From assembly GCA_951406725.2 (NCBI GenBank), contig OX597814.1, positions 181,908,001 through 181,972,000 of the forward strand: a stretch of 64,000 bases of DNA, in the 5' to 3' direction. The notes beneath the pieces are model-generated. The model saw only the letters and a list, made by a program, of their open reading frames with translations. It had not been told where the DNA came from and ran no database searches. Made by a program: the position numbers and the translations under genes. The DNA comes from Octopus vulgaris (lineage: Eukaryota). Below, piece after piece: positions 26,365 to 38,665 of the stretch (its first letter is position 1; every line of letters begins with the position of its first letter).

Positions 26365-28049
26365 GTAAGCTGAAAAAAAAATCATATTTCTTTCTTGGAT
26401 TTGATATTTTAAGTATTCCAGTTGAGCTTAGATAATGTATTTAGCTTGGTTAATAGCCAGAACCGAATTAGATTTTGTATTTGCATTTAATTTGGGGGAG
26501 TATTGAAAATTTTATGTTAAATATTTTCTGGTATGAGTAGGTTATATGTTGTGAAGTAATTTTTACCTCTACTGGAATACAGTACAGTGTTGTTAATGTC
26601 CTGAGTTTATATGTGTATAATACATGCTTCTTGTTTTTCCAGAAATTTAAACTTAAACATTTTAGTGTGTGCATGATGTGTGAGACCTATTATGTTCTGG
26701 ACCCTATGTATATTATATTCGGGATGACATGACTAAACTAAGTTAATCTATTATCCAAGCGATTTGATGTGTAACATAGCATTTAAATCATATTAATGTT
26801 ACATTTTTCTATGATAATGATATTAAACTTTTGTTGTATGTCATAAGTATGTCCACATTGGAGATTGTGCCCCTGTCAGTGTCTGAATGAATATAGCAAA
26901 TGTTTGCTGGTGTTTAGTGATATGAAGTAATCAGAAAGTAAAATTGACATTTGTAACAATAATTTTTTTTTCTTTACTGTGACAAATCTGTGCTGTAAAT
27001 AGATGCTATCTTGTGTGGTGTTGACACAATTTATATCCCACAAAATTAACACTCAAAAATGTTCTGCACTATGGTTAGAAACCTTTTTCATTTTTACCTC
27101 ATGTAAAACACTATATTTTAGTTTTAAGATTTTGATTTGAAAAAAAAAACTTTCACGTGATCCTGAATGTCTGTTGTGCAAAACATTAAAAAAGTTACAT
27201 AATGAAAATGTCAGAGGAGTTTTAAATTGTGCACATTTTATAGAATACATACTTTATTCTCTTTGTGACAATGTGACTGTGTGCATCACAACACAAACTG
27301 AATAGGAAGATTGAGATTGCACTTACTACACCATCATTATGAAAATCAAATTCATTTTCTAGAGCAAAAAGCAAAACAATCGTGTAGATTGTGTGATTCT
27401 ATAATATTGATTTTACAGCAAGTGAACTTTTATACACTGTGAGAATGCAGAAATTATAATAAATCTAAACACTTCTTTTCCTAAACATCATAGTACTAAA
27501 GAGAGATTTTTTTTTTTCCTAGGATTTCATTGCCTGTAATTAGTGGTGTGCCTTGTGATAATATATATACCTTGTAACAAATTTAATGAAAAGACATACT
27601 TCTCATTTGACGTAGTGGTTTTTCTTTATGATAATTTTAAAGCCTACAGCACAGTGGCTGTGGTTCATGCAGGGCTACTGCTCATGTGCTGGTATAGATC
27701 TGAGAATTAAGGATTCATTCTTTGAAAATAGCACTTAATATCACTACTATACTGGCAGTGGTAGTCAATGTTGAATGCCATATAAATCACAGTAAGTACA
27801 TCTTGCCCCTATTGATATGTACTTTGGAAATCCCAGAAAAAGATAGCAATTCCCATTGTTGAATAATCACTCTTATAATAAATGCTGTTGTCTATATATT
27901 TCATATCATGAAGAAAGATAACTCCACTAATATTATAGTTACCAGTTATTTTCCTTTCTTTTCTGTGTGTGTGTGTGTGTGGCATTCACTCTTTGGTACA
28001 CAGCATCGTCTCTTTCTCTCATTGCTCCTTCATCGTGCGCCTCATTTTC

Positions 28050-29435
28050 TTTCATTGCCCTAGATCTCAACACCCATTCTCATCTGGATTTTATGCCTAC
28101 TTATTTCCTGTATATTGAGCAAGGCTACTTCCATGTTGATACTGGAGACCTGTCTTCTAGGTTTAGCTTCAGTACCTGGAATTTTCCCTCCAATTCCACT
28201 ATAGATTCAGCTATGAGAACCAGAATATCAGTGTATAGAGATTCACATGGACGGCTGATGTTAAATCCCTGGTAGCTTCTTTATCTATAATGATTAAAAG
28301 ATAGCACTGAGGACTGAACTTTGCTGGAGCACTAATTCCATGCTAAATTCATCTCTGAAATATTTGTTGACCTTCACTTTCCTTATGACAGCTTTATACA
28401 TAACTTATACTGCCCCCACAAGCCATTTGTCTACTTCTAGTTTTCTTATTAATCTCCAAATTACTGAATGTGGTACTTTCTTCCTGTCAACAAATGCCAG
28501 GAATAGTGGTTCCCTTCTAAACAGGTATTTCTTCTTGGGAATGTTGCATAAGCGATGTCTTTGCTGGGCATGAAGTCTATATCTCATCTAGGTCTTCTCT
28601 GCTATGGATTAATTGTGCTATGATTCTTTGTGACCATTATAACCTGACCCAACGGTTTATTTCCTCAATAATTTCCTCTCTGTAAGGCATCTCTTTGGGT
28701 ATTAACTATCCTGGTGGTTATCATGTATCCTACCTCACCAGGGATTTTGAGCATTTCCACAATTATCCCTGATGGTCCAATAGTTTTCCTCCCCTTCATA
28801 TCTCTAATCACCTTATCTACCACACTGCTGTCAACTTGAATTGTTGGCCTCTCTGTAGTGGTCAGCATGAGGTAGCACCTTCCTCTGCATTCCTTCCCAA
28901 TAATGTTTTGGTTCTCTAACACACTATCTTGCAATCCAGAAGACCCCGCATTACTGATTCCCATATTGCAGGACAGGTGCAAATCTCTTTCTTCTTCACT
29001 CTTAGCCAAGCATACCTGTTGCCTAATTTAATAATGCTTTCTACTTGCCATGTTTTTTTTGGATTTTCCAAGCTTGTCTTATAGCCATTACAGCCTTATC
29101 AACTGTCATTCCATCACCACATCATCTTTGATTTGGCTGGGACTTTGCACCAACCACACATCTGATCTGTAGCCCAAAGCATGTCATTTCATAGATTTCT
29201 CTGTTGTTATCTATGCTATAGGTATCTTATTCCTCCCTACAGTCATGTATATATATCAATCAGAAATTTCCTGTTTACTACGCTCTCATTCTGAAGCCAC
29301 AAGTCAGTGTTGAGTTGTGCATATTTATTTAAATAAACCATATATGCCACATGTACATCTTCCTTATCCATCAGTGTGGGGCGAGTCCTTTTGTTTATGA
29401 TTCCTATTTTTAGTGATTGGCCTCTGGTGCTCATT
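28050..29435 (-). mobile_element. RTE LINE relic (endonuclease end plus RT)
   Basis: PLFLAFVD, KVPHSVIW, KLEVDKWLVGAV, GPSGIIVEMLK, DSLY.DILVLIAES. Confidence 0.85.
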
Positions 29436-30399
29436 TTCTATTAGAACTTTTTGGCTGTGCACTTCATTAATTGGTTTCTAATTTTCTTTTGTTATTTTGT
29501 TTCTTTGTTTTGTTAGACAGCATTTAAAAAATTTCCACCATTTGATTTGTCACATGTTCGATTTCATTTTTATGGGTTTTTTATATATATATATATAAAC
29601 CAGCTTCTTATGAATACTTATGTTTTTTACCTTCGGTTTGATGAGCATATTTCCTGCTTTTCAAAATCACTGTTCTTGTTTATTGTTTTTAAAATATAGT
29701 TTCTTAAGATGTTTTATTGAATGGCTCATTTTGTTGTTGTTTGTATCCTCTTTTTGACAAAGGGCTGTTTGATTTTTTTTTTACTCTATGGTGACATTTT
29801 GTTTTTGTTAGTGGTGTGTGTTTATATGAATGTTAGCTGTTAGGGGTTCAATTCCTAAATATTTCTATATGGAGCCTGGTGCATCCTTCTAGCTTACCAG
29901 TCCTCAGTCAAACTGTCCAACCCATGCTAGCATGGAAAGCGGACGTTAAATGATGATGATGTGCATGTAAGGGAATAAGCTAATAACAATTCATGCTTGG
30001 AATTTGTTTTTCACATATCTCTTTTCCTTTTTGTTGAGGGGAGGTAGTGGTGGTTTTACGATCTTATTGACATCATTTTGTTTCTACTGCCTGTGCATTG
30101 TTGGTTGTCTACCCAGTTTGCAGTTGAGACCATTTATTGAAGCTGAATTTATTTCAGTATCTACAATGTGATGATCTCATTTCATTTCTTTTGCATAGAA
30201 AGTGTATGCAGTGTGATTATTGTATTGTTCTGTGATGCATCAATGGGGCACGTTATGAAATTTTTATGTAAGGAGTTGTGGAGTCTCTTATTTTCTGTTT
30301 TGTATTTATCTTAAATATCAAAGGTACTTTGACGAGGACATTGCATTTTTTCTGCTATAATTCTAGAATATATTTGAATGCATGTGTGTATACACATGT

Positions 30400-31565
30400 G
30401 TTTATACTTTTAATTCATCCATTATGGAAACTTCCTTTCAAAGGAAAGAAGATCAGTGAGCAAATAACAAAAGAAAAGGAAAGAACAGTTGGAAACAAGA
30501 AGAGAAATTTTGACATTCATTTCTGGCATCCATCTGTCATAGGAAACAATATAGTTTTATACTTCCATGTATAAGCTGCAACACTTGTTGTGACTATGGT
30601 CCAATCCGCTGACCTCTGAAGGTACAAGCCTAATGTATTGAGATTCTGTGTTTCTCAGTTGCCAGGTTTTCTCTCTTAGCTTTGCTGATGTGATCCAATG
30701 AAGTCCAAAGCAGTATATTTGACACCACTTTGACTGTAGGAGTTGCTGGAAGATCATCTAAGAAGCTCCACTCCTGAATTTTTCATAAGGTTTATTTCTT
30801 AGTTTTGTCTTGTGAGACAGTGAAGCTGTTTACCTAATCTGTAATCCTGGACAGAGCCTGTACCAGGTGTTGTTGGCATGAGAGTGCAAGAATCATATCA
30901 GGCAAGGTTATCAGATAACAAAGTATCGCTGTCTATTACTCCGAAGAAGAAGAAGAAAAAAAAAAGAAGCAATAATATTCCTGTGCTCCAGGAAGGAAGA
31001 ACAGATGCATTATTAAGAAAACAGTTGAGAATGTGTGAAGCTCTGAAATGCCAAAATGAAATAAATTTAAGGATAGCAGAGCTTAGGGAATAAACCTCAT
31101 TAAGATATCAAAAATAAAATTGCATATGAAAGAAATTAAAGGAGGGCAGATATGAGAAAAAGACAGCCACAAAGATGTTAACATGAAATTGAAGAAGAAT
31201 GGAATATGAGATCTCTTAATGCACAAGCTACAGAAATATAGGAAGCAAATTCATAATGTAGGAGCAAACATAAATATCTATTTAAAAATAAATATAGTTT
31301 TCTATATTTTAGATTCATTTTATTATCATTTTCAACACATTTAACTAAGATAAACATTTCATAAATATTTCCCATCATTACAGATGGCATGGGTACACTA
31401 GTATAACATAATTGTTTAGTGAACTGTACCTTGAAAATTAAAATGAAAATAACTTTCTTTACTTCATATTTTGCTTCTGGTATTTAATTATATTTAGAGT
31501 AATAGTCTTAGTTTCAAATATTGTTTTGATAAAATCAAATAATTATTTCTGTATATATTTTATAT
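30400..31565 (+). pseudogene. Decayed tandem copy of the STPR-like unit with an internal insertion (~30520-30900)
   Basis: 30403-30480 aligns to 31563-31640; ~30940-31565 aligns to ~31660-32282 including downstream non-coding DNA; frameshifts and stops. Confidence 0.75.
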
Positions 31566-31586
31566 ACTTCTAATTCAACTGTTGAG

Positions 31587-32012
31587 GAGACGCCTCTTCA
31601 AAGGAAAAGAAGATTAGCAAGGGAACGACAAAGAAGGTGGCACTCAACCTTATCTCAAGAACAATTAGAAGCAAGAAGAGAAAAGGGTAGAAAAAGATAT
31701 TCCAGTGCTTCACAAGAAAGAATTAATGCAATAAGACTGCAAGCAAGAAAGCGTGAAGCTATGAAACGCCAAAATGAAACTGAAGAAGAGGGAAATTTAA
31801 GGCGGTCAAAGCTGAGGAAATGGGCATCACAGAGAATTCGAAAAGAAACTGTGGAAGAAAGAAATTTAAGGAGATCAATGATGAGAGAAAGACAATCACA
31901 AAGAATTCAACAAGAAACTGAAGAAGAGCGGAATAGAAGAAGATCTCTTAAAGCACAAGCTATGAGAAATAGAAGAAACAGTCAAAGTTGTAATGTAAGA
32001 GTAAACCTGTAA
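31587..32012 (+). CDS. Intronic open frame with 23-aa STPR-like repeats; candidate alternative terminal exon of ATF7IP, or a nested gene
   Basis: 141 stop-free codons from ETPLQRKRRLARERQ; 69-bp repeats start at 31776, 31845, 31914; AG at 31585-86 is phase 0; AATAAA at 32032 and 32065. Confidence 0.6.
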   Translation, partial: ETPLQRKRRLARERQRRWHSTLSQEQLEARREKGRKRYSSASQERINAIRLQARKREAMKRQNETEEEGNLRRSKLRKWASQRIRKETVEERNLRRSMMRERQSQRIQQETEEERNRRRSLKAQAMRNRRNSQSCNVRVNL

Positions 32013-33679
32013 ATAATATCTGTATTTAAAAAATAAATGTAGTGTCCTTTATTTTATCGTTTCCAATAAATTTAAAGCAAACATTTGCTGTCAGTTTAGA
32101 TGGCATAGGGACACCAGTATAACATTGCTTAGTAAATTGTGTACCTTGGAAGTAAAGATGTAAATGATTATATTCTTCACTTGATATTTTTCTTTTAGCC
32201 AATTATTTATATTTATGGCAATAGTTTTAGTATAAAATATGTTTTGATAAATGAAATAATTATTTCTGTTTAATTTTATACAATGACATTGGGAAATTTC
32301 CCCAAAGTAAGAAGAAAAGTCAGGGAAAAAATTTTTTTTTTCAAAATATACATTTTGAAATGTGATGTTGAGAGATAGCTGAGAGAGTAGAACTTGCAAT
32401 TGAATCCTTTATTGTGATTAGGTTGGCTACTTTACCTTTTGAAGATAACATAATTTTCTCTTTGTTCTTATTGTCTAAATTGGGTGGTCATCAATATATT
32501 TAGGATATCATAGATTTGGTGAGCAAGAATATAAAACAGATAACTGTTTTTTCCCACCTTTCCCATTTTCATTTGTAATAGAATTTCATTTTATTTATGT
32601 TTGGGGAAAGTGTTTCGATTTTAAAAGAATATATATATATAAAAGAATGAGTGCAATTTTGGTTTTGGCCTGTTGACATACTCCTCTTAACTCTTCACCT
32701 AGTTGAAAAAAACTCTCACTTCGTAATTGATTGATTGTTCAGAAGAATTTAAAATATTTGTTCCAACAATGCATATTTAAATAAGACCTCTCTCTCCTCC
32801 CACCAAAATAAAAACAACCCTGGGTTCTGTATGTAAAGTTTGACATCCCAGAAGCTTTTAATACACTAAACACTTTTTCTTGAATATGCACTGCTGAAAT
32901 TGGAGTATGTTTAATATGTGTGTGCATCTTTTATGCCATCAAATATGATATTCATATTTGCAGTACCTTCTAATTCAGTATAGGAAATAAATGCAACTGA
33001 TCAAAACCATATAACTTTCACTTATATTGACAACTGTCTTCCATTTCATATTGTGGTAGATTTGTCAGTGTTGCAACATTGTTATTTATTTTTAATGTTT
33101 CTCTATTCATCTAAATCTACTAGCTCTTAATTGTTGAAGTAAAATGTCTCCCAAAGGGCTGGCACTCTGGACAGGAAGAATTGGGAAAATGCTTAGTGTT
33201 GGACCTGGGAGGGAGGAATGATATGAATGATGAAAATAGGAAACATGGGTGTGATGGATGGGCTTTGGTAGAGGGGAGCATAATTAGCTTGATCTGAGAA
33301 GCAGAGGTCAAGTTGTGATAGAAAAGTCAGAGGGAAGAGACATCAAAAATTGGGGTTAAAGGTTGTTGTATATTGGTGAATGACTCCGTTTGGCTTTTGG
33401 AAAGGTGCAGCACTGACCCAAATGTAAGATCAGTATTTTATTGTAGGTGTTTCATTTTACAACAGTAGCTGTGAAACATGAAAATGACATCAAAACATAA
33501 ATAATAATATGTTAATACAAATAAAGATAGATTTACATGAATTTTAATTGAATAATTTGCATGGTCAAATTCTTTGTGTGTGTGAGTGTTTCTGTTGTCT
33601 TGACTGATGTTTTAGTACCTTTGAGAAAGGATATATATACTGGAAATTGCCTGCTCCAGTCACATCAGGCTTTTGTAAA

Positions 33680-33905
33680 AAACCTTTTTGTTATCCTATT
33701 TCTGTTAAAATTCATTGTCTTTATTTCACTTAATTTTGAAAATAATAAAGTATTTAACAAAATAACTTTGCCATTATTAAACTGGTGTTTGGAAGCATAA
33801 ATCAACATGAAATTTTGATGTAAAGTTTTAATTTAGACCACTTTGTACAGGAAGTTTGCATCATAGAAACCAAGGACAGTCTCAGGTGGGTTGGTATCAA
33901 AAGGG
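33680..33905. mobile_element. TTAA-type MITE, same family as ~19110-19310 and 63514-63730
   Basis: cctttttgttat...ggtatcaaaaggg|ttaa; shared internal text ctggtgtttggaa.cataa. Confidence 0.6.
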
Positions 33906-34017
33906 TTAAATTCAATCAATGTACAATTGAGGTGCATTCAGTATCTTGTTTGCATGAAATATCTATTCAAAGCAGTTGTTATGAATGATTAAAATGATGA
34001 TACTTTTTAACTTTCAG

Positions 34018-34174
34018 AGAGTAGTCTCCACTCTACTCAGTACCTCATCTTCAACAACTCCAGTAGCAAAACATCCAGCTCCATTACCATCACAGCCCAC
34101 TCCCACCGTAACATCAACAGGTCTTAAAAATCCACCACCCAAAGCAGGTCTTCGGATATCAAGGGTAGCACAAG
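34018..34174 (+). CDS. ATF7IP: ATF7IP coding exon 7 (Pro-rich linker and start of FN3: KHPAPLP...PPPKAGLRISRVAQG)
   Basis: Acceptor ctttcag; donor CAAG|gtaagt, phase 1. Confidence 0.9.
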
Positions 34175-34389
34175 GTAAGTTCTTATTTCTTTGATAATTA
34201 GTAAATCTAGTCAGTATTTATTCATTTGAAGTCTTAGTTTCATGGGATAGTTTATTTGCTGCTGTTTCATTTTTATTGTATTATTTCAGTAAAATCATTT
34301 AATGGGTCATTGAAAGCAACTGAAGTTGATTATTTTTAATTCTTGGCTAAGATAGAAAAAAATGTTATTATTGAAAAAAGTACTGTAGT

Positions 34390-34762
34390 TTATCTTTTAC
34401 TTGTTCAGTCACTGGACTGTAGCCATGTTGGGATATACTGCTTTGAAGGGTTTAGTTGAACAAATTAACCTCAGTACTTATTTTCTTGTTTTTTAAGTCT
34501 AGTACTTATTCTATCAGTCTGGTTTGCGGAACTGCTATAGTACAGGGACATAAACAAAGCAACATTAGTTGTCAAGTGGTGGGGGGCAAGCATGACACAC
34601 ACGCACATAATGGGCTTCTTTCAGTTTCTGTTTACCATATCTACTCACAGGGCTTTGGTTGACCTGGGGCTATAGAAAACATGTCAGGCACAATGAGACT
34701 GAACCCAAAACCACATGGTTGGGAAGTAACTATGTGGTCTTACCCATGCAGCCACATTTCAT
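34390..34762 (-). mobile_element. tRNA-derived SINE (family A), diverged
   Basis: Similar to 537-903. Confidence 0.75.
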
Positions 34763-34800
34763 GGCTTTCTATTAAGTTAATTGTTATTAATTAAGTGTTT

Positions 34801-35010
34801 AAGGCAGCAAGCTGGCAGAATTGTTAGCATGCTGGACGAAATGCTTAGTGGTATTTCCCTCATCACTACGTTCATAGTTCAAATTCCGCCAAGGTTGACT
34901 TTACCTTTCATCCTTTTGGGGCCAGTAAATTAAGTGCCAGTTGAATACTGGGGTAGATGTAATCAACTATCCCTCTCCCTTAAATTTCAGGCCTATAATA
35001 GAAAGGGTTA
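34801..35010 (+). mobile_element. tRNA-derived SINE (family C, Deu/Nin-like core cctttcatcctt..gggg); second copy at 41700-41903 on the minus strand
   Basis: Head ggcagcaagctggcagaattgttagca, B-box-like gttcaaattcc. Confidence 0.75.
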
Positions 35011-35252
35011 TTAATTAGATGTTTTCACATTATATTAATTTGGTGTTTTAAATTTGCATCCAGATAGAACTTTTCTATTGTATAAAACTAATCAGGATGG
35101 TTATACTGAAATGTCATTTCTCTTATTATTTTAGATTGATTTCTTAAATTTAAGTGGTATCTAAATTTTAAACAGTCCTGTGGGGCATGACTTGTTTTTG
35201 AAAATATTATATCTTATTTTAATTTTACTTTTTTTTTTCCTTGTTTATTTAG

Positions 35253-35368
35253 GCATTGTATTATCTTGGAATATGGCTTTAAATGAAAATCATGCTGAAA
35301 TTTCAAATTATCAACTCTATGCTTATCAAGAAGGAAGTGCCCCACCTAGCACTTCCTTATGGAAAAAG
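35253..35368 (+). CDS. ATF7IP: ATF7IP coding exon 8 (FN3: GIVLSWN...YQLYAYQE...LWKK)
   Basis: Acceptor ttatttag; donor AAG|gtttgt; motif characteristic of the ATF7IP FN3 domain. Confidence 0.93.
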
Positions 35369-35778
35369 GTTTGTAAAAACAAGCTTTTAGAATTGCTTTT
35401 TTGCCTGGTTAATTTATAAATCTTCAAGAAATAAAAGTATGATACTCCTTTGTTACACATTAAGGTTGTTTGCAATTATGTTTCTATTCCTGTAAACCCA
35501 AAATATGCTTTAGGGTAAAACATCTACAATAATAATACACACCCAAATTATGGTAAATTTTTATTGTATTTAGAAAGCAGTTTTATTGGCAAATTCTAAA
35601 AAGGATGTTTTCTGTACTTTGAACTTTGCTTTTGGTATTCTGTTTTTCTTCTCACACATTTCTGAGTTTCCACATACAATGGTAATCTCTATAAGAGCCA
35701 AACCACAGCACCTCTTTAAAAAAAATAATGTAATTTTTTTTCCCTTTTTTAACTCCATGAATGTTTTATTTATTTCAG

Positions 35779-35940
35779 GTTGGAGACATTAAGGCTCTAC
35801 CTCTTCCGATGGCTTGTACATTAACTCAATTCCATGAAGGAAACAAATATCATTTTGCTGTTCGAGCTGTAGATTCACATGGCCGTGTAGGGCCCTTCAG
35901 TGATCCTAGTACCATAAACCTTGGAGTTGGAAACAAATGA
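35779..35940 (+). CDS. ATF7IP: ATF7IP last coding exon ([43 protein letters not shown]...stop)
   Basis: Acceptor tatttcag; [14 protein letters not shown]...YHFAVRAVD is the ATF7IP/Windei signature; TGA ends 35940; AATAAA at 36303, 36341, 36537. Confidence 0.95.
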   Translation, partial: VGDIKALPLPMACTLTQFHEGNKYHFAVRAVDSHGRVGPFSDPSTINLGVGNK

Positions 35941-38499
35941 ATTCTATAGAATTCTTGGAAAGACACACCAGTAACTACACCTTCAATTAAGGACATGTTA
36001 ATATTCTTTGTAATCCAGCATTTATTTGATGACATCTTAGTTACCATGAGTCAAATTCTTGAGTCCTAATAGTCTCTATTATTAACTCCAAGTTTTTGGC
36101 ACCTAAAAAAAGTTGTGTGTGTTTGTTTCATTAAGGTCTTTTACAGACAAGGAGAAGTATCTATAAACAATTTGCTCTTCATTAGCTGTTCGCATCATTG
36201 TTAAGGATTTGACACTGTTTGCTTTATTATAGTTATCTATAAGTACGGGAAGGTGTCTTTAATTTAAAGAGATTTACAAAAATATTTTGTAGCTCACTTT
36301 ACAATAAATTTTGATACATCTACATTGTATTTTAAATGTTAATAAAATACAATTTTAAACAAAATGCATTGATATAAAAATGTACCAAACAAAATTATCC
36401 AGAGAAAACTTTTTCAGTATTTTTTTTACTGTGTTATTTATTAATATATCTGTTAATGTAAATTGGTACAGATTATAAAATATTGAAGAAAGAAATGGAA
36501 ATTATTTAATCTTCTTTTCATTTACAGTTAAACTTGAATAAAAGATATTTTCATTTCAAACTGGGTAAGACCATGGAACTAAAACTAGAAATGTGAACTT
36601 TTAAAAAAAAAATCACAATGATAATACTATTCTTAAGTCAAATTTACTAGAGTTAAGTATTACAAATAGGAAGTGACTTTGAATAATGAAAGATTTGTGT
36701 ATCTCTATATAATTGTCTTTTTTATATTAGGGGTCTTAAATAATAAAAGTAGTGAATATTTTGCTTAATAGCCTTAATTTCACCTGTTAGATTTATTGAA
36801 ATACATCAATATGATCAATTGGAAATTTGTCATCATTTCTGGATATATATAATACTTAAAATATTCTTGATTCTTTTATTTTAATTATTTTTTTTAAGCT
36901 AATGATGTTTTTAAACACTCCTTATGTAATAAGACGTATAAGCCTTTGTGTGTATGTTTTTCAACAAATACACATGCACATCTTTCACAAAGGTTGTTAA
37001 AGCATTCAAAAGTAAATTCTAAACATATTTAATTCACTTACTTAAAACAACGGTTATAATGAATCCAATTTAATCATAAAATGTTCTTAATTTCAAACAT
37101 CCCTCTTACCTGATAAACTTATCATATTCTTCTATGGGGCAGCAAAATATATAAAAACAACTCCTTTGTTGATTTTAAAAAAACAAAACAAATTTTCTTC
37201 AAGCAGTCAAACAGAAATTGGAGTATCTTTACATTTTTTTCTGTTCTTGGATATTTATTTTACTTTTTCCAACTATCATTTTAATTACTTTACATAACTT
37301 TCCATTCTTTTACGTTTCACTCGCTGAATTACAGCTGGTTTTAATTGATTATATCATCTCCAATACTTATTTCAGTTTCACAATTATTTTATTGAGTGGT
37401 TAGGTTACCACATAAACAATACTTTTTTTTCTTTTTAACTGGTGATGTATTAAATATAAACACAGATGGGTGGGGACATAAACATGTATATATACTGGGC
37501 TTTCTGTACAGTTTCTGCTTATTAAATTTCACTCAGTTTTGGTCAAAATGCAACTATAATAGAAGACACCGAAAATGCACTACAGTGGGATCCTTGAACC
37601 ACTTTGTTGCAAAGCAGACTTCTTAAATATGCAGCTATTGCCTGAACTTATGTTTTTAAAAATTAAAATATATTTTGTGTGTCTCTACCATCATCCACAG
37701 GATATTCATTCATCATGTGACTGCAAAATATTAGATGACGCCATTTTTATCATGGTTTTTTAAAAATTTGATTGCTCTGGTGTCCATTCTTGGACATCAA
37801 GAACTGCTGATGGTAGAAAGTCCAAAATTTTAATAACGATTGTTGAACAAAAATATTTTTTTCTTTCTTGAAATGTTGTTTTTGTAGCAAACAATTTTAG
37901 ATGTTAGGTGTGAGACCCAGCTCTGTTCCAAATCTCATTTGGTGGTCAAGATGAGTCATATGAGAAACAAAATCAGTTGCAAAAAAAATTAAACACACAG
38001 ACACACACATGCACTCTCTCTCTCTCTTAAAGTTCACAGATATGTAGCAATGAAATTTCTTCCTGACATTGTAACCAGAATGGGATGAGGGTAAATACAT
38101 TCAAATACTGAATAGAAAAAAAATTTGTATAGTTTTCAGTCATTTAATGTTTTGTGAATATGTCAAACTATTCTGATGATATATACGGAAGGTAATATAT
38201 AATAGCTATACTTATCCTCATTAGTTATTGCAGTTATACTTTCCAGAGAGATTTCCTTGTTTCTTCTACTCTTTCTCTCCCAGTATGCATGTAGATAAAG
38301 CCTCCTCTACATTTGATTGAAGGTTTTAAACATATTTCTTTCAGCTATTCATCTACTCTTTATCTTTGATATTTTCTACTGAAAATCTCAAATTTTGACT
38401 CAACACTCCCAAGCATATTTTTCCATTGATCAGCACTCCATCGTTTGTGTGTTCTGGCATATGTAAATGGTCATTTCTCTAGCTGCATAATCAGCATCA

Positions 38500-38665
38500 T
38501 TCATTCATCATTTTTCGACCGTGGTTAGACAATGGAATTTACTATGTTACGCCAGACTTCACGGTCCATCATAGCATTACGGAGATCCTGTTGCTGGATG
38601 CCTGTATTCCTGGAGATTACATCAGGGTAGGAGAGTGTGCGCCCTCTAGGAGTTTAGGCCGGATC
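38500..38665 (-). mobile_element. LINE (RTE-type) 3' terminus
   Basis: Minus strand GRTLSYPDVISRNTGIQQQDLRNAMMDREVWRNIV followed by a tga-rich tail. Confidence 0.6.
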
